DNA of 64,000 nucleotides from Candidatus Norongarragalinales archaeon (GTDB lineage: Archaea > Micrarchaeota > Micrarchaeia > Norongarragalinales > Norongarragalinaceae), in assembly GCA_038884755.1 (NCBI GenBank), contig JAWABJ010000001.1:384001-448000 (forward strand), given 5' to 3'. The notes under the pieces are model-generated. The model did not search any database. It was not told where the DNA came from and saw nothing but the letters and a program-made list of their open reading frames with translations. Of this stretch, positions 1 through 8,724 are shown piece after piece. How positions within the stretch are numbered: the stretch's first letter is position 1; each line of letters begins with the position of its first letter. Position numbers and translations under genes: made by a program.

Positions 1-451
1 AAAGGCTTTCCACGCCGGCGGCACTGCAGTGGGCGGAGGGACCCTAGAAGGGCTTTCGAGGCTGTTGCTGGGCTGCAATGCCGTGCAAGCCCACGCCCTT
101 GCCTTGAAAGGCAGAAGCGTTTTGGACATAAGCGTCGGCGACATTGCCGGAGGGCGGGTGGGAATGGTCCCCGGAAACGCCACTGCAAGCAATTTCGGGG
201 CTGCGGCGAAAAACGCAAGAAAACAGGATGTTGCAAAATCGTTGTTCAACATGGTCGGGGAAACGGCGGGAGTCTGCGCCAGCCTGGCCGCCCAAAAAAC
301 GGGAGTGCGCAAAGCAGTTTTCGTCGGAAGGGCAAGCGCTTTCCCGCTAATCCGCACCAGCGCGGAACGCGCTTGCAAGCTTTACTCGGTAAAAGCCGTT
401 TTTCCGGAAAACGGGGAGTTGGCGACGGCACTGGGAGCTTCGCTCCAGTGA
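1..451 (+). CDS. Type II pantothenate kinase (Fumble/CoaW family), 5'-partial
   Basis: Frame is open from base 2: HAGGTAVGGGTLEGL, DISVGDI, ASNFG, ATALGA motifs typical of type II PanK. Confidence 0.85.
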   Translation, partial: KAFHAGGTAVGGGTLEGLSRLLLGCNAVQAHALALKGRSVLDISVGDIAGGRVGMVPGNATASNFGAAAKNARKQDVAKSLFNMVGETAGVCASLAAQKTGVRKAVFVGRASAFPLIRTSAERACKLYSVKAVFPENGELATALGASLQ

Positions 452-514
452 ACGAACGCGGCCCGCGCCCCCCCAAAAAAAACTTTTAAAAACAAGGGAA
501 AATTAATCAAAACC

Positions 515-1171
515 GTGGGAAGAACGGATTTTGCAAAAGCCTCATTCTTGCTAGCAGCCGTTTCCCTGGTTTTCGCTTTCGGAGGCGGCGGGGGCGGAGG
601 GGGAGGCGGCGAAAGCGGCGGCGGTGACGTTTTCATAACCCCCAGCCCGACAGTAACCGCAACTCCCTTGTGCGAACAAACCACGCTCAAGGAACGGGTG
701 AAATGCAGGCTTTCAATCGAAGCAGAAGACGCGCTCCCCTATACGCCCGAAGCGTGCCGGGCTTTGGCCGGCGGGGAGAAAATTGCATGCGTGGCAAAAT
801 ACAACCTAATCCAACCCTGCAGGAAGCTTGAGGGCGACGAAGAGCGCGTGGATTGCGTAAAGCAAAAACTGCAGTTGCGTGCGATAAGCGAAGAGAAAAC
901 CCCTTCGTGCTTGAAAAACCGCGCTTGCATGGACAGGCTTAAGCAAAAAGTTTTCGACGTCGTTGAATTCAGGATTTACAACCTGGAAGAGCGGGCCGAA
1001 GCCTACCGAGCGTCAAACGAAGGCTTGGTGATCGACTTCATAGCACAAATGGAAGACAAAAAACAGGAATTCAAAAACGCGCTTTCAATCGAAGCTAAGA
1101 AAGACGTCGTCCGAAGCATAGGCCGGATTTGGGCGGAGTTCAGGGACAGCGTTTCGGGGGAAGGACAGTGA
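515..1171 (+). CDS. Secreted Cys-rich hypothetical protein (signal peptide, poly-Gly linker, repeated Cys pairs, helical C-terminus)
   Basis: GTG start, hydrophobic N-terminus, G10 tract, 8 Cys in paired spacing. Confidence 0.75.
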   Translation: MGRTDFAKASFLLAAVSLVFAFGGGGGGGGGGESGGGDVFITPSPTVTATPLCEQTTLKERVKCRLSIEAEDALPYTPEACRALAGGEKIACVAKYNLIQPCRKLEGDEERVDCVKQKLQLRAISEEKTPSCLKNRACMDRLKQKVFDVVEFRIYNLEERAEAYRASNEGLVIDFIAQMEDKKQEFKNALSIEAKKDVVRSIGRIWAEFRDSVSGEGQ

Positions 1172-1389
1172 AAATTCTTTTTGTGGCGTTCGTTTTGGCT
1201 TCAGTCCTTTTTTCAGGCTGCGCCCAGCAGCAGGCGCAACCGACGCCCACGGAAACTCCGGAAAATGCCGCGCCTTCGGTTCAAGCGGCTGAAGAGGCAG
1301 CCGAACAGCCTACGCCCGGCATGGACGAGATTGACCCGGAACTGCAGAAAGCTTTGGAAGAATTGGACGGAATTTCCGGCATAGGGTAA
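1168..1389 (+). CDS. Small putative lipoprotein
   Basis: GTGA overlap with upstream stop; MKILFVAFVLASVLFSGC lipobox-like signal, then P/T/Q/E-rich. Confidence 0.7.
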   Translation: MKILFVAFVLASVLFSGCAQQQAQPTPTETPENAAPSVQAAEEAAEQPTPGMDEIDPELQKALEELDGISGIG

Positions 1390-1429
1390 GTAAAGCTATT
1401 TCTACCCGCGTTTCCACAAGTTTTTCTTT

Positions 1430-2104
1430 ATGGCACTCAAAGCGGCACTCCTGGATTTGGACGACACGCTCGTCGACTTCTTGAAAATGAAGCGCAACAG
1501 CGTAATGGCGGCAGCTAAAGCCATGCGCGCTGCGGGATTGAAAATGAGCGAGCAGGAAGCGTTCGAAAAAATCTTCGCGATTTACGAAAAGCACGGTTGG
1601 GAAGACCAAAAGGCGTTCCAAAGGCTTTTGCACAAGACGAGCGGAAAAATCGACTACAAAATCCTGGCGCACGGCATACTCGCGTACCGCAAGGAAAAGA
1701 CGGCGCGCTTGGCCTTGCACGACAGCGTCAAGGAAACGCTCAACGCGCTGAAAGCAAAAGGCTTGAAGTTGGGCATAGTTACGGACGCGCCCAAGCTGCA
1801 GGCGTACACGCGGCTGGTCGCGTTGGGAATAGAAGATTACTTCGACGCAGTCGTTTGTTTCGAGGACACTAGGGCTTACAAGCCGAGCGAGCTTCCGTTC
1901 AAGAAAGCCCTTTCCCAACTCGGCCTCAAGCCGCAGGAAGTGTTGTTCGTCGGAGACTGGCTCGACAGGGACATCATCGGAGCGGGCAAAGTCGGGATGA
2001 AAACCGCCTGGGCGAAGTACGGCGACGAGGAGAAGAAGCTGAAGGACGGCGTCAAGCCCGACTTCGTCCTCGAAAGCTTCCGCGATTTGCTTAAAATAGT
2101 TTAA
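1430..2104 (+). CDS. HAD-superfamily hydrolase (subfamily IA)
   Basis: DLDDTL motif I, VTD, KP, GDWLDRD motifs. Confidence 0.9.
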   Translation: MALKAALLDLDDTLVDFLKMKRNSVMAAAKAMRAAGLKMSEQEAFEKIFAIYEKHGWEDQKAFQRLLHKTSGKIDYKILAHGILAYRKEKTARLALHDSVKETLNALKAKGLKLGIVTDAPKLQAYTRLVALGIEDYFDAVVCFEDTRAYKPSELPFKKALSQLGLKPQEVLFVGDWLDRDIIGAGKVGMKTAWAKYGDEEKKLKDGVKPDFVLESFRDLLKIV

Positions 2105-2135
2105 AAGAGAAACGTATAAATATTGGCTTATGCGG

Positions 2136-2154
2136 TATTAATCCGGAATTAATA
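2136..2154 (+). promoter_or_regulatory. Inverted repeat operator candidate of the TA operon
   Basis: TATTAAT-ccgga-ATTAATA ending on the A of the antitoxin ATG; TATAAATA box at 2115-2122. Confidence 0.55.
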
Positions 2155-2399
2155 TGGTCCAAGCTCTCGTCAATATATCAGACCACACCAACCGCATTTT
2201 GAACGTAATTAAGGCTAAGCACGGCTTGAAAGATAAAAGCCAAGCGATTGATGCAATGGCTACTGAATATGAGGAAGAAATTCTTGAGCCTGAATTTCGG
2301 CCTGAGTTTGTAAAGAAGATACTTAAACAACAAGAACTCATCAAGAAAGGCAGAATAAAAACGAGAAAACTAAACAGCCTTGATGAATTGCTTGACTAA
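2154..2399 (+). CDS. Antitoxin, DUF2683-like
   Basis: MVQALVNISDHTNRILNVIKAKHGLKDKSQAI and EPEFRPEF match the archaeal DUF2683 pattern; directly upstream of a RelE-like gene. Confidence 0.8.
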   Translation: MVQALVNISDHTNRILNVIKAKHGLKDKSQAIDAMATEYEEEILEPEFRPEFVKKILKQQELIKKGRIKTRKLNSLDELLD

Positions 2400-2402
2400 C
2401 GC

Positions 2403-2672
2403 TTGACATACATCATAGAATACACGGATGATTGCAAACGTGAAATAAAAAAAGCAGCCCGAAGGAATAATGAACTCCAGAATGCTTTGGGCAGCCAGAT
2501 TAGAAAATTAATGGCAAACCCAATGCAAGGAAAACCATTGAGGGCGCCATTAGCGGGCTTCTGGAGCGTTCACGTTTTAGGTTCTTTCGTCTTTATTTAT
2601 GAGATTGTTGAAAAAGATAATAAAGTCATATTGCACAGTTTTGCTCATCATGACGAAGCATATGGCCGCTAG
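2403..2672 (+). CDS. Type II toxin, RelE/ParE superfamily
   Basis: 89 aa; GKPLRAPLAGFWSVHV, FVFIYEI and HHDEAY C-terminus. Confidence 0.85.
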   Translation: MTYIIEYTDDCKREIKKAARRNNELQNALGSQIRKLMANPMQGKPLRAPLAGFWSVHVLGSFVFIYEIVEKDNKVILHSFAHHDEAYGR

Positions 2673-2678
2673 AAAAGG

Positions 2679-3005
2679 TTGGTTAAGTTGAAGGCTCACG
2701 CGTTTTTGTTCGACTCGAAGGACTTGCAGGCTTTGAAAAAAATCCTCGAGGCTGAACCTTACGCTGAGGATTCTTTCGCGCGCGCGGGCTACGTGCTCAA
2801 GGAAAGCTCGGCAGTGGGATTGCCTGCAGGCAAATACGCGGTTTTCTTCAAGGCTGAAGACGCGGCTGCGGCGAAGTTCGAGGAAAAACTCAAGCAAATC
2901 CCTTCCTTTGCCAAAGCTACGACCGAAGAGCTGGCGAAAATAAGCGATGTTATCGAAAGGGAAGAAAACTCGGCGGCCGAAGGCTTCGGAAGCATTTTCG
3001 GATAA
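2679..3005 (+). CDS. Conserved archaeal hypothetical protein
   Basis: TTG start; C-terminal ENSAAEGFGSIFG; host-like codon usage. Confidence 0.75.
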   Translation: MVKLKAHAFLFDSKDLQALKKILEAEPYAEDSFARAGYVLKESSAVGLPAGKYAVFFKAEDAAAAKFEEKLKQIPSFAKATTEELAKISDVIEREENSAAEGFGSIFG

Positions 3006-3049
3006 GCGCATTAGCACATTGCTTTTTATTTCAAAAACGTAATCTCCTT

Positions 3050-4000
3050 ATGATTCGCGCTTTCGCTTCGTTCGGGAAAAAGGTAAAAGAAATTGCCCCT
3101 TCCGAAGCCAAAAAGTACGTCCGCGACGCGACGCACAACGTTTGGATTAACTTCGAAAAACCCACTGCGAAGGAAAACGACTTCTTGAAGGAACTCGGCT
3201 TCCACCCGCTGAGCGTGGAAGACACGATTAAAGGAAGGCAAAGGCCGAAAATCGAGGATTACGAGGATTACGGGTACATAGTAATCCGCACCCTTGAAAC
3301 AACGGAAAAAGGTTCGACCGCGCAACTTTCCATTTTTCTCGGAAAAACGTTCATAGTCACTTATGCTTCGGCAATGGTTCCCAGCTTGCAGCAGGTGATG
3401 GACGAAATCAAGGCAAAACCTAACATCCTGCTCAAGGGACACGATTTTCTCGCTTACGCGGTCATCGACGCGCTGGTCGACGAGTTTTTCCCGATTTTGG
3501 AGAGCATGGACGACGAGCTGGAAGAGCTGGAAGACAGGATTTTCGTAAAGGCCGACGCGCGCATGGTCTCGCGGCTTTTCAAGCTCAAGCGAAAGCTCGT
3601 GGAAGTGCGCAGGGTGCTCATTCCCATGCGCGACATTCTCAACGTCCTCTCGCGAAGGGACTACGCGTACATAGACGCGCGAACCGCAATCTACTTCCGC
3701 GACGTTTACGACCATTTAATACGCCTTGCCGACATGACCGACACCTTGAGGGAATTAGTGACAACGGCTATGGAAGGGTATTTGAGCGTAATAAGCAACA
3801 ACCTCAACTTCATAATGAAACGCCTTACTGCCATAACCGTGGTGCTCATGGTTCCCACGCTTCTTGCGAGCATATACGGGATGAACGTGGTGAACCTTCC
3901 CCTGGCGCAGGAAGGCCAGGGCTTTTGGGAAATAATAGGCATAATGGTTTTGCTGAGCGCCGTTTCCATATACTACTTCAAGCAAAAGGAATGGATGTGA
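3050..4000 (+). CDS. corA: Magnesium/cobalt transporter CorA
   Basis: HPLSVED, QRPKIEDY, YFRDVYDH, YGMN signature, two C-terminal TM helices. Confidence 0.95.
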   Translation: MIRAFASFGKKVKEIAPSEAKKYVRDATHNVWINFEKPTAKENDFLKELGFHPLSVEDTIKGRQRPKIEDYEDYGYIVIRTLETTEKGSTAQLSIFLGKTFIVTYASAMVPSLQQVMDEIKAKPNILLKGHDFLAYAVIDALVDEFFPILESMDDELEELEDRIFVKADARMVSRLFKLKRKLVEVRRVLIPMRDILNVLSRRDYAYIDARTAIYFRDVYDHLIRLADMTDTLRELVTTAMEGYLSVISNNLNFIMKRLTAITVVLMVPTLLASIYGMNVVNLPLAQEGQGFWEIIGIMVLLSAVSIYYFKQKEWM

Positions 4001-4058
4001 AGCGTTAAAGGGCAAAAGTAGTTTAAGCTTATCCGAGAAAATCAATTCGGTGGGTTTA

Positions 4059-4514
4059 TTGCAAGTTTTCCTGGCTTCAGACCACGCCGGCTTCAAGCTG
4101 AAGGAATTCATCAAAACCGTGTTGAAGGAAAAAGGCTTTGAAGTCGTCGATTTCGGCACTAAAGACGAGCAGCCTTGCGACTACCCGGACTTCGTCATTC
4201 CGGCGAGCGAAGCCGTCGCTAAAAGCAACGGCGGTGCGATGGGCGTGGTGTTCGGCGGAACAGGTATAGGCGAAGCCATAGCATCAAACAAAGTCAGGGG
4301 AATACGCTGCGCGTTCGCGTACGACTCGTTCACCGCTAAAATGACTCGCGAGCACAACGACTCGAACGTGCTCGCGCTTGGCGGGAGGACGGTCACAAGC
4401 AACGCGGAACTGGCGAAAGAAATCGTTTTAACGTGGCTCTCCACGCCCTTTTCGAACGACGAGAGGCACGTGAGGCGTATAAAAAAAATTTCCGATTACG
4501 AAAGCAAAAGCTGA
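4059..4514 (+). CDS. rpiB: Ribose 5-phosphate isomerase B
   Basis: ASDHAGF, DYPD, GGTGIGE, ANKVRGIR, REHNDSNVL; TTG start after GGTGGG. Confidence 0.95.
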   Translation: MQVFLASDHAGFKLKEFIKTVLKEKGFEVVDFGTKDEQPCDYPDFVIPASEAVAKSNGGAMGVVFGGTGIGEAIASNKVRGIRCAFAYDSFTAKMTREHNDSNVLALGGRTVTSNAELAKEIVLTWLSTPFSNDERHVRRIKKISDYESKS

Positions 4515-4530
4515 AACGGGTGCCCGCCGC

Positions 4531-5193
4531 ATGGCTGAAATCTCGCCTTCAATACTCGCTGCCGACTACTCGAAGATTTTCGAGATCGTGCAAAAGTTGG
4601 AAGGCAGGGCGAAGAGCATACACGTCGACGTGATGGACAACAAATTCGTTCCTAATTACACTCTTGACCGGTTCAACCCGGAGTTCATGCGCAAGCTCGA
4701 CGGGATTAGCGTAACCAAAAACGTCCACTTGATGGTCGAAGACAATTTGCATTGGACTAAAGAATTTTGCAAAGCGGGAAGCGACGAAATAGCGTTTCAC
4801 GTTGAAGCCGGCAAGACGGTCGAGTGCATCGAGCTCGTTCGCGATTACGGCATCAAGGCTGGCTTGGCCATAAAACCCAAAACCCAGCCGAAGGAAATAG
4901 AGCATTTCCTGCCGCGACTTGATTTTGTGTTGGTAATGAGCGTAGAACCCGGGTTTGCAGGACAAAAGTTCATGCCTAATGCGTTGTCCAAGCTAAAGTG
5001 GCTCCGCGAGCATTATGTTGAAGCACACGGCGGAAAAGTGTGGGTGGACGGCGGCGTGACCGCCGAAAACGCGCGGCAGTGCGCCGAAGCTGGAGCAAGC
5101 GTTTTAGTCGCCGCGAAAGCGGTTTTCAGCGTGGGCGGCGATTTCCTCGAAAACCTTTCCGGACTGCAAAGGAAAATCGGAGAAAAGACTTGA
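4531..5193 (+). CDS. rpe: Ribulose-phosphate 3-epimerase
   Basis: SPSILAAD, HVDVMD, VHLMV, MSVEPGFAGQKF, VDGGV. Confidence 0.95.
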   Translation: MAEISPSILAADYSKIFEIVQKLEGRAKSIHVDVMDNKFVPNYTLDRFNPEFMRKLDGISVTKNVHLMVEDNLHWTKEFCKAGSDEIAFHVEAGKTVECIELVRDYGIKAGLAIKPKTQPKEIEHFLPRLDFVLVMSVEPGFAGQKFMPNALSKLKWLREHYVEAHGGKVWVDGGVTAENARQCAEAGASVLVAAKAVFSVGGDFLENLSGLQRKIGEKT

Positions 5194-5268
5194 AATCTCT
5201 TTACGGCAAGCTTTTTATACAGGTTGCAGTAATCGCTCTATCTTTCCAGTTTGGAGGGGGATGTTTGA

Positions 5269-5604
5269 GTGAAAAAAGGACAGGGAATGTTTGAGTATAT
5301 TCTTCTTTTAGCGGGAGTTTTGCTCGTCGTAGTTCTGGCCATCGCTTTGCTGCGAGGGGGATTGTTTCAAAGCACTTCCTCGAATGTTGAAAGGTCGACT
5401 TGCACCAACGAATTGGTCACGGCGCCAAAGTGCTTTACTGGGGATGGCGCTTGGAATGCGACTGGCTACCACCAATTTTCTGCTAACAGCAACTGCCCTG
5501 TCGTCTTGGGTGCAGCTTCGCCTTACAATTGCGGCGCCGCGATAAACGACCCCGCACCTGACTCGCAAACTTGCAATTGCGGTAATGACCCGAGAACAGG
5601 TTGA
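5269..5604 (+). CDS. Class III signal peptide (type IV pilin-like) protein
   Basis: MKKG/QGMFEYILLL: basic leader, Q at +1, E at +5, hydrophobic helix, Cys-rich globular part. Confidence 0.85.
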   Translation: MKKGQGMFEYILLLAGVLLVVVLAIALLRGGLFQSTSSNVERSTCTNELVTAPKCFTGDGAWNATGYHQFSANSNCPVVLGAASPYNCGAAINDPAPDSQTCNCGNDPRTG

Positions 5605-5611
5605 GCTTTTC

Positions 5612-5640
5612 AGAACGCCCTGCAAGGGCGTTCTCTTTTA
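5612..5640 (+). terminator. Hairpin plus T-tract after the pilin-like gene
   Basis: AGAACGCCCT-GCA-AGGGCGTTCT 10-bp stem followed by T-rich tract. Confidence 0.55.
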
Positions 5641-5764
5641 GTTTTTCTTTTTCTACAAGTTCCAGCGCTAGCTCTCGCGGCAAAAGCAATTAAAGCTTTT
5701 GCAGGCTAATGCTTTCACAAGCGCGTTTACTTTTTTCAAAAAAAAAACCGGTTGGGGCTTTTGC

Positions 5765-6619
5765 GTGGAGAAAATCACCGACATCAAGCGACTCAAGCTC
5801 AAGGCTAATGACATCCGACAGGACATCATCCACATGGTCACGCAAGCCCAAAGCGGGCACCCGGGCGGGCCGCTGGGACTTGCCGACGTTTTCGCGTGCC
5901 TCTACTTCAACGTGCTCAATCACGACCCTCAAAAACCGTTGTGGAAAGACCGCGACAGGCTAATCTTGAGCAACGGCCACGTTTGTCCCGTGCGTTATTC
6001 AACAATGGCCGAAGCGGGTTATTTTCCGAAAGAAGAACTTTTGACTTTCCGCAAGATAAACTCTCGTTTGCAAGGGCATCCTTCGCGAGTGGACATGCCT
6101 TCGCTCGAAAGCTCCAACGCCTCGCTGGGACAAGGGTTGGGCATAGCAATCGGCATGGCGCTTGCCGCGCGCTTGGACGGGCGCAAAAACTTTGTTTTTT
6201 GCAGCTTGAGCGACGGCGAGTGCGAAGAAGGCAGCACGTGGGAAGCAGCAATGTTCGCGGCGAAATACAAGCTTGACAACCTCATCGCTTTCGTGGACAG
6301 AAACAAAAAGCAAATCGACGGGGACACTGAAAAAATCATGCCCCTCGAGCCTTTCGCGGGCAAATGGAAGGCGCAAAATTGGAACGTAATCGAAGCGGAT
6401 GGGCACGATTTCAGCCAAATCCTTTCGGCTTTCGCGAGCGCGAAGAAAAATTTCGGGAAAAGAAAGCCTACGGTAATAATCTTCAAAACGACCATGGGAA
6501 AGGGCGTGAGCTTCATGGAGGGAAATTTCGAGTGGCACGGCAAGCCGCCTTCCCCCGAGCAAGGGCAGCAAGCGCTCGCGGAGCTTTCCGAATGGCGGAA
6601 GAGAATAGAGGCCGAGTGA
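5765..6619 (+). CDS. Transketolase, N-terminal (TPP-binding) subunit
   Basis: SGHPGG, DRLILSNGH, LQGHP, SLGQG, SDGECEEG, WHGK; GTG start. Confidence 0.95.
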   Translation: MEKITDIKRLKLKANDIRQDIIHMVTQAQSGHPGGPLGLADVFACLYFNVLNHDPQKPLWKDRDRLILSNGHVCPVRYSTMAEAGYFPKEELLTFRKINSRLQGHPSRVDMPSLESSNASLGQGLGIAIGMALAARLDGRKNFVFCSLSDGECEEGSTWEAAMFAAKYKLDNLIAFVDRNKKQIDGDTEKIMPLEPFAGKWKAQNWNVIEADGHDFSQILSAFASAKKNFGKRKPTVIIFKTTMGKGVSFMEGNFEWHGKPPSPEQGQQALAELSEWRKRIEAE

Positions 6620-6621
6620 AA

Positions 6622-7602
6622 ATGCAATTGAACGAAAAGCTTTTTCTTGCGGGAAATCTCGACAAACCAGAGAAAATTGCGACGCGCGACGGGCTTGGAA
6701 AAGCTTTGGTGGAAGCGGGGGAGAAAAACGAAAGTCTGGTGGTGTTGAGCGCAGATTTGGCCGAAAGCACGCGCGCCCAGTGGTTCGGCGACAAATTTCC
6801 CGAGCGGTTTTTCCAGTGCGGAGTTGCCGAACAAAACATGATGGCTGTCGCCGCGGGGCTGGGTTTGGACGGAAAGACTGCAGTTGCAACTTCTTTTTCC
6901 GTGTTTTCGCCGGGCCGAAATTGGGACCAAGTCAGGATAAGCGTTTGCTACAACGAGTCTAACGTAAAAATCTGCAGTACTCACTCGGGAATAACTGTGG
7001 GCGGGGACGGGGCTACGCACGAGGCGCTTGAAGACATCGCGTCCACGCGCGTACTGCCGAAAATGCGCGTACTCGTGCCTTGCGACTTTTGGGAAGCCAA
7101 GAAAGCGACGCTCGCGGCAATCGCGGCGCCCGGACCGTTTTACGTTCGTTACGGAAGGGAGAAAATGCCAGTAATCACAACGGAACAAACGCCTTTCGAA
7201 ATCGGCAAAGCGTACGTTTTCAAGGAAGGCAGTGACGTTGCTATTATTGCGAACGGCTTCATGGTTTTCGAAGCGCTCGTGGCCGCGAAAGAATTGGAAG
7301 AAACGGGAGTGAGCGCCGCGGTGGTAAACCTTCCGACAGTAAAGCCCATAGACTCCAAAATGCTCGAGCAAATTGCTAGAAAGTGCGGTGCCGTGGTAAG
7401 TGCGGAAGACCACCAGATTCACGGGGGGGTTGGCTCTGCAATCGCGGAATCCTTAGCCAAAACCTATCCCGTTCCCCAAGAGTTCGTTGGAATGCAGGAC
7501 TGTTTCGGCGAAAGCGGGACTGCGCAGGAATTAATGAAAAAGTACGGCATGACTCGCGTCGAAATCAAAGCAGCCGCGAAAAAAGTACTGAAGAGAAAAT
7601 AA
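6622..7602 (+). CDS. Transketolase, C-terminal subunit
   Basis: ADLAEST, GVAEQNM, GDGATH, VKPID, EDHQIHGG. Confidence 0.95.
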   Translation: MQLNEKLFLAGNLDKPEKIATRDGLGKALVEAGEKNESLVVLSADLAESTRAQWFGDKFPERFFQCGVAEQNMMAVAAGLGLDGKTAVATSFSVFSPGRNWDQVRISVCYNESNVKICSTHSGITVGGDGATHEALEDIASTRVLPKMRVLVPCDFWEAKKATLAAIAAPGPFYVRYGREKMPVITTEQTPFEIGKAYVFKEGSDVAIIANGFMVFEALVAAKELEETGVSAAVVNLPTVKPIDSKMLEQIARKCGAVVSAEDHQIHGGVGSAIAESLAKTYPVPQEFVGMQDCFGESGTAQELMKKYGMTRVEIKAAAKKVLKRK

Positions 7603-7609
7603 AGTTGCC

Positions 7610-8338
7610 TCAAACGCGCGCGCTCAGCATTTGCGCTTCTGCCCTTTTGCCTTTGGCTTTGCTTTTCTTTGCGCACTGTGGTTCGTTGCACTCCACTTCT
7701 ACATACCCGTCCAGCACCAGCCGCCCCAAGCTCGTAAGCATCACGCCCACGCGCCCGTTCCTGCGCTTTACTTCCACCAAACCCAATTCTTCCAGCCCCG
7801 GCGCGCTTTTCGTGCCGCGTACGTGGTATGTTACCAGAGGCAGGCTCATTTTCACCAGCCCGCCCAACTCTTCCAGCGATTCAACACCGTCGTTCTCGCG
7901 GATTTTCCTCATGATTCCGAGCTTTTTCTCGGACAATGCCGAATAGTACGAGAATTTCATTATCGGATACGCCACCACGCGCCCTTTGTCGTTCACCCCG
8001 ATTGCCTGGATGCCGTTGACGAAAGCGGCGGAAAGCGCGATGCAAGACGTCTTGTGGTCAGTATCGATGTTCAAAACCAGTTTTTTGCCCCGTTCGTTGC
8101 TGCGGATTTTGTAAATCGTCTGGAACACTGTTTCAAGCGAAGAATTGCGCATTTCCTCCATTTTAACGGGAATTTTTATTTTTGACAAGTCGTTTTTCAG
8201 CGCCAAGGCCCTTTTCCCGCTTTCTGGTGTGTGGATGAGTATCACTTCCCCTGCAGGAAACTCTCTCAAGCCGGTATACAAAATTTCTCCGGCGTCGTCA
8301 TCCAACCCTATTACGCCCACCACTGTATTTCCCATCAT
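7610..8338 (-). CDS. Transcriptional regulator with Rossmann-like (CARF-like/DUF6293-type) N-domain and C-terminal winged HTH
   Basis: beta-alpha N-domain (VVGVIG, EVILIH, LVLNID, ALSAAFVNGI) and LEELG..MSLPLVTYHV..GLEELGLV..LTSLGR wHTH. Confidence 0.7.
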   Translation of the reverse strand: MMGNTVVGVIGLDDDAGEILYTGLREFPAGEVILIHTPESGKRALALKNDLSKIKIPVKMEEMRNSSLETVFQTIYKIRSNERGKKLVLNIDTDHKTSCIALSAAFVNGIQAIGVNDKGRVVAYPIMKFSYYSALSEKKLGIMRKIRENDGVESLEELGGLVKMSLPLVTYHVRGTKSAPGLEELGLVEVKRRNGRVGVMLTSLGRLVLDGYVEVECNEPQCAKKSKAKGKRAEAQMLSARV

Positions 8339-8374
8339 TCGCTCACCCTTTCCACCCTCGCGGTTACAAAATAA

Positions 8375-8442
8375 AAGTTTAGTGGTTAAACTTATTTTTT
8401 AATCTTTTCTTTAACTTGGGAATAGAAAAAGGTAGAAAAAGG
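8375..8442. promoter_or_regulatory. Inverted repeat and tandem repeat in divergent promoter region
   Basis: AAGTTTA-gtggt-TAAACTT (8375-8393) and TAGAAAAAGG x2 (8423-8442). Confidence 0.4.
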
Positions 8443-8487
8443 GTTTTTTTCTAATGTGAGGGACACAAAAAACGGGGTGAATTTTTG

Positions 8488-8700
8488 ATGGCTTTGTTTG
8501 ATGCGAAAGCTGCTGGAGTAATTGCAATAGTCCTTTTGGGAATGTTGCTGGTGGGCTGCGTTTCAGGCGGGCAGGGCGCCGCGCCGACGGCTTCGCCTTC
8601 CGGAAACGCGGAGGCCACTTCGCTGCCGACCATTTCGGACGATGAATTGAATTTGCCCGATTTGGGGGAAGACAGCGGGCTTGACGGCTCGCTGGGCTGA
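8488..8700 (+). CDS. Small putative lipoprotein
   Basis: Hydrophobic helix ending LLVGC, then P/S/T and acidic tail; GGGGTGA Shine-Dalgarno. Confidence 0.7.
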   Translation: MALFDAKAAGVIAIVLLGMLLVGCVSGGQGAAPTASPSGNAEATSLPTISDDELNLPDLGEDSGLDGSLG

Positions 8701-8724
8701 AAAATAGCTTTTCTCGCTTTTTTT

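Noticed and set aside
5605..5764. TPP riboswitch upstream of transketolase
   Set aside because: Hairpins are present, but the conserved CTGAGA and CCTGA..TAA..CC..CG.AGG elements are not.
5999..7422. Long antisense ORFs (also 19383-21446, 22906-23955, 53440-54390, 40484-41497)
   Set aside because: They are shadows of well-supported genes on the opposite strand and have no motifs of their own.
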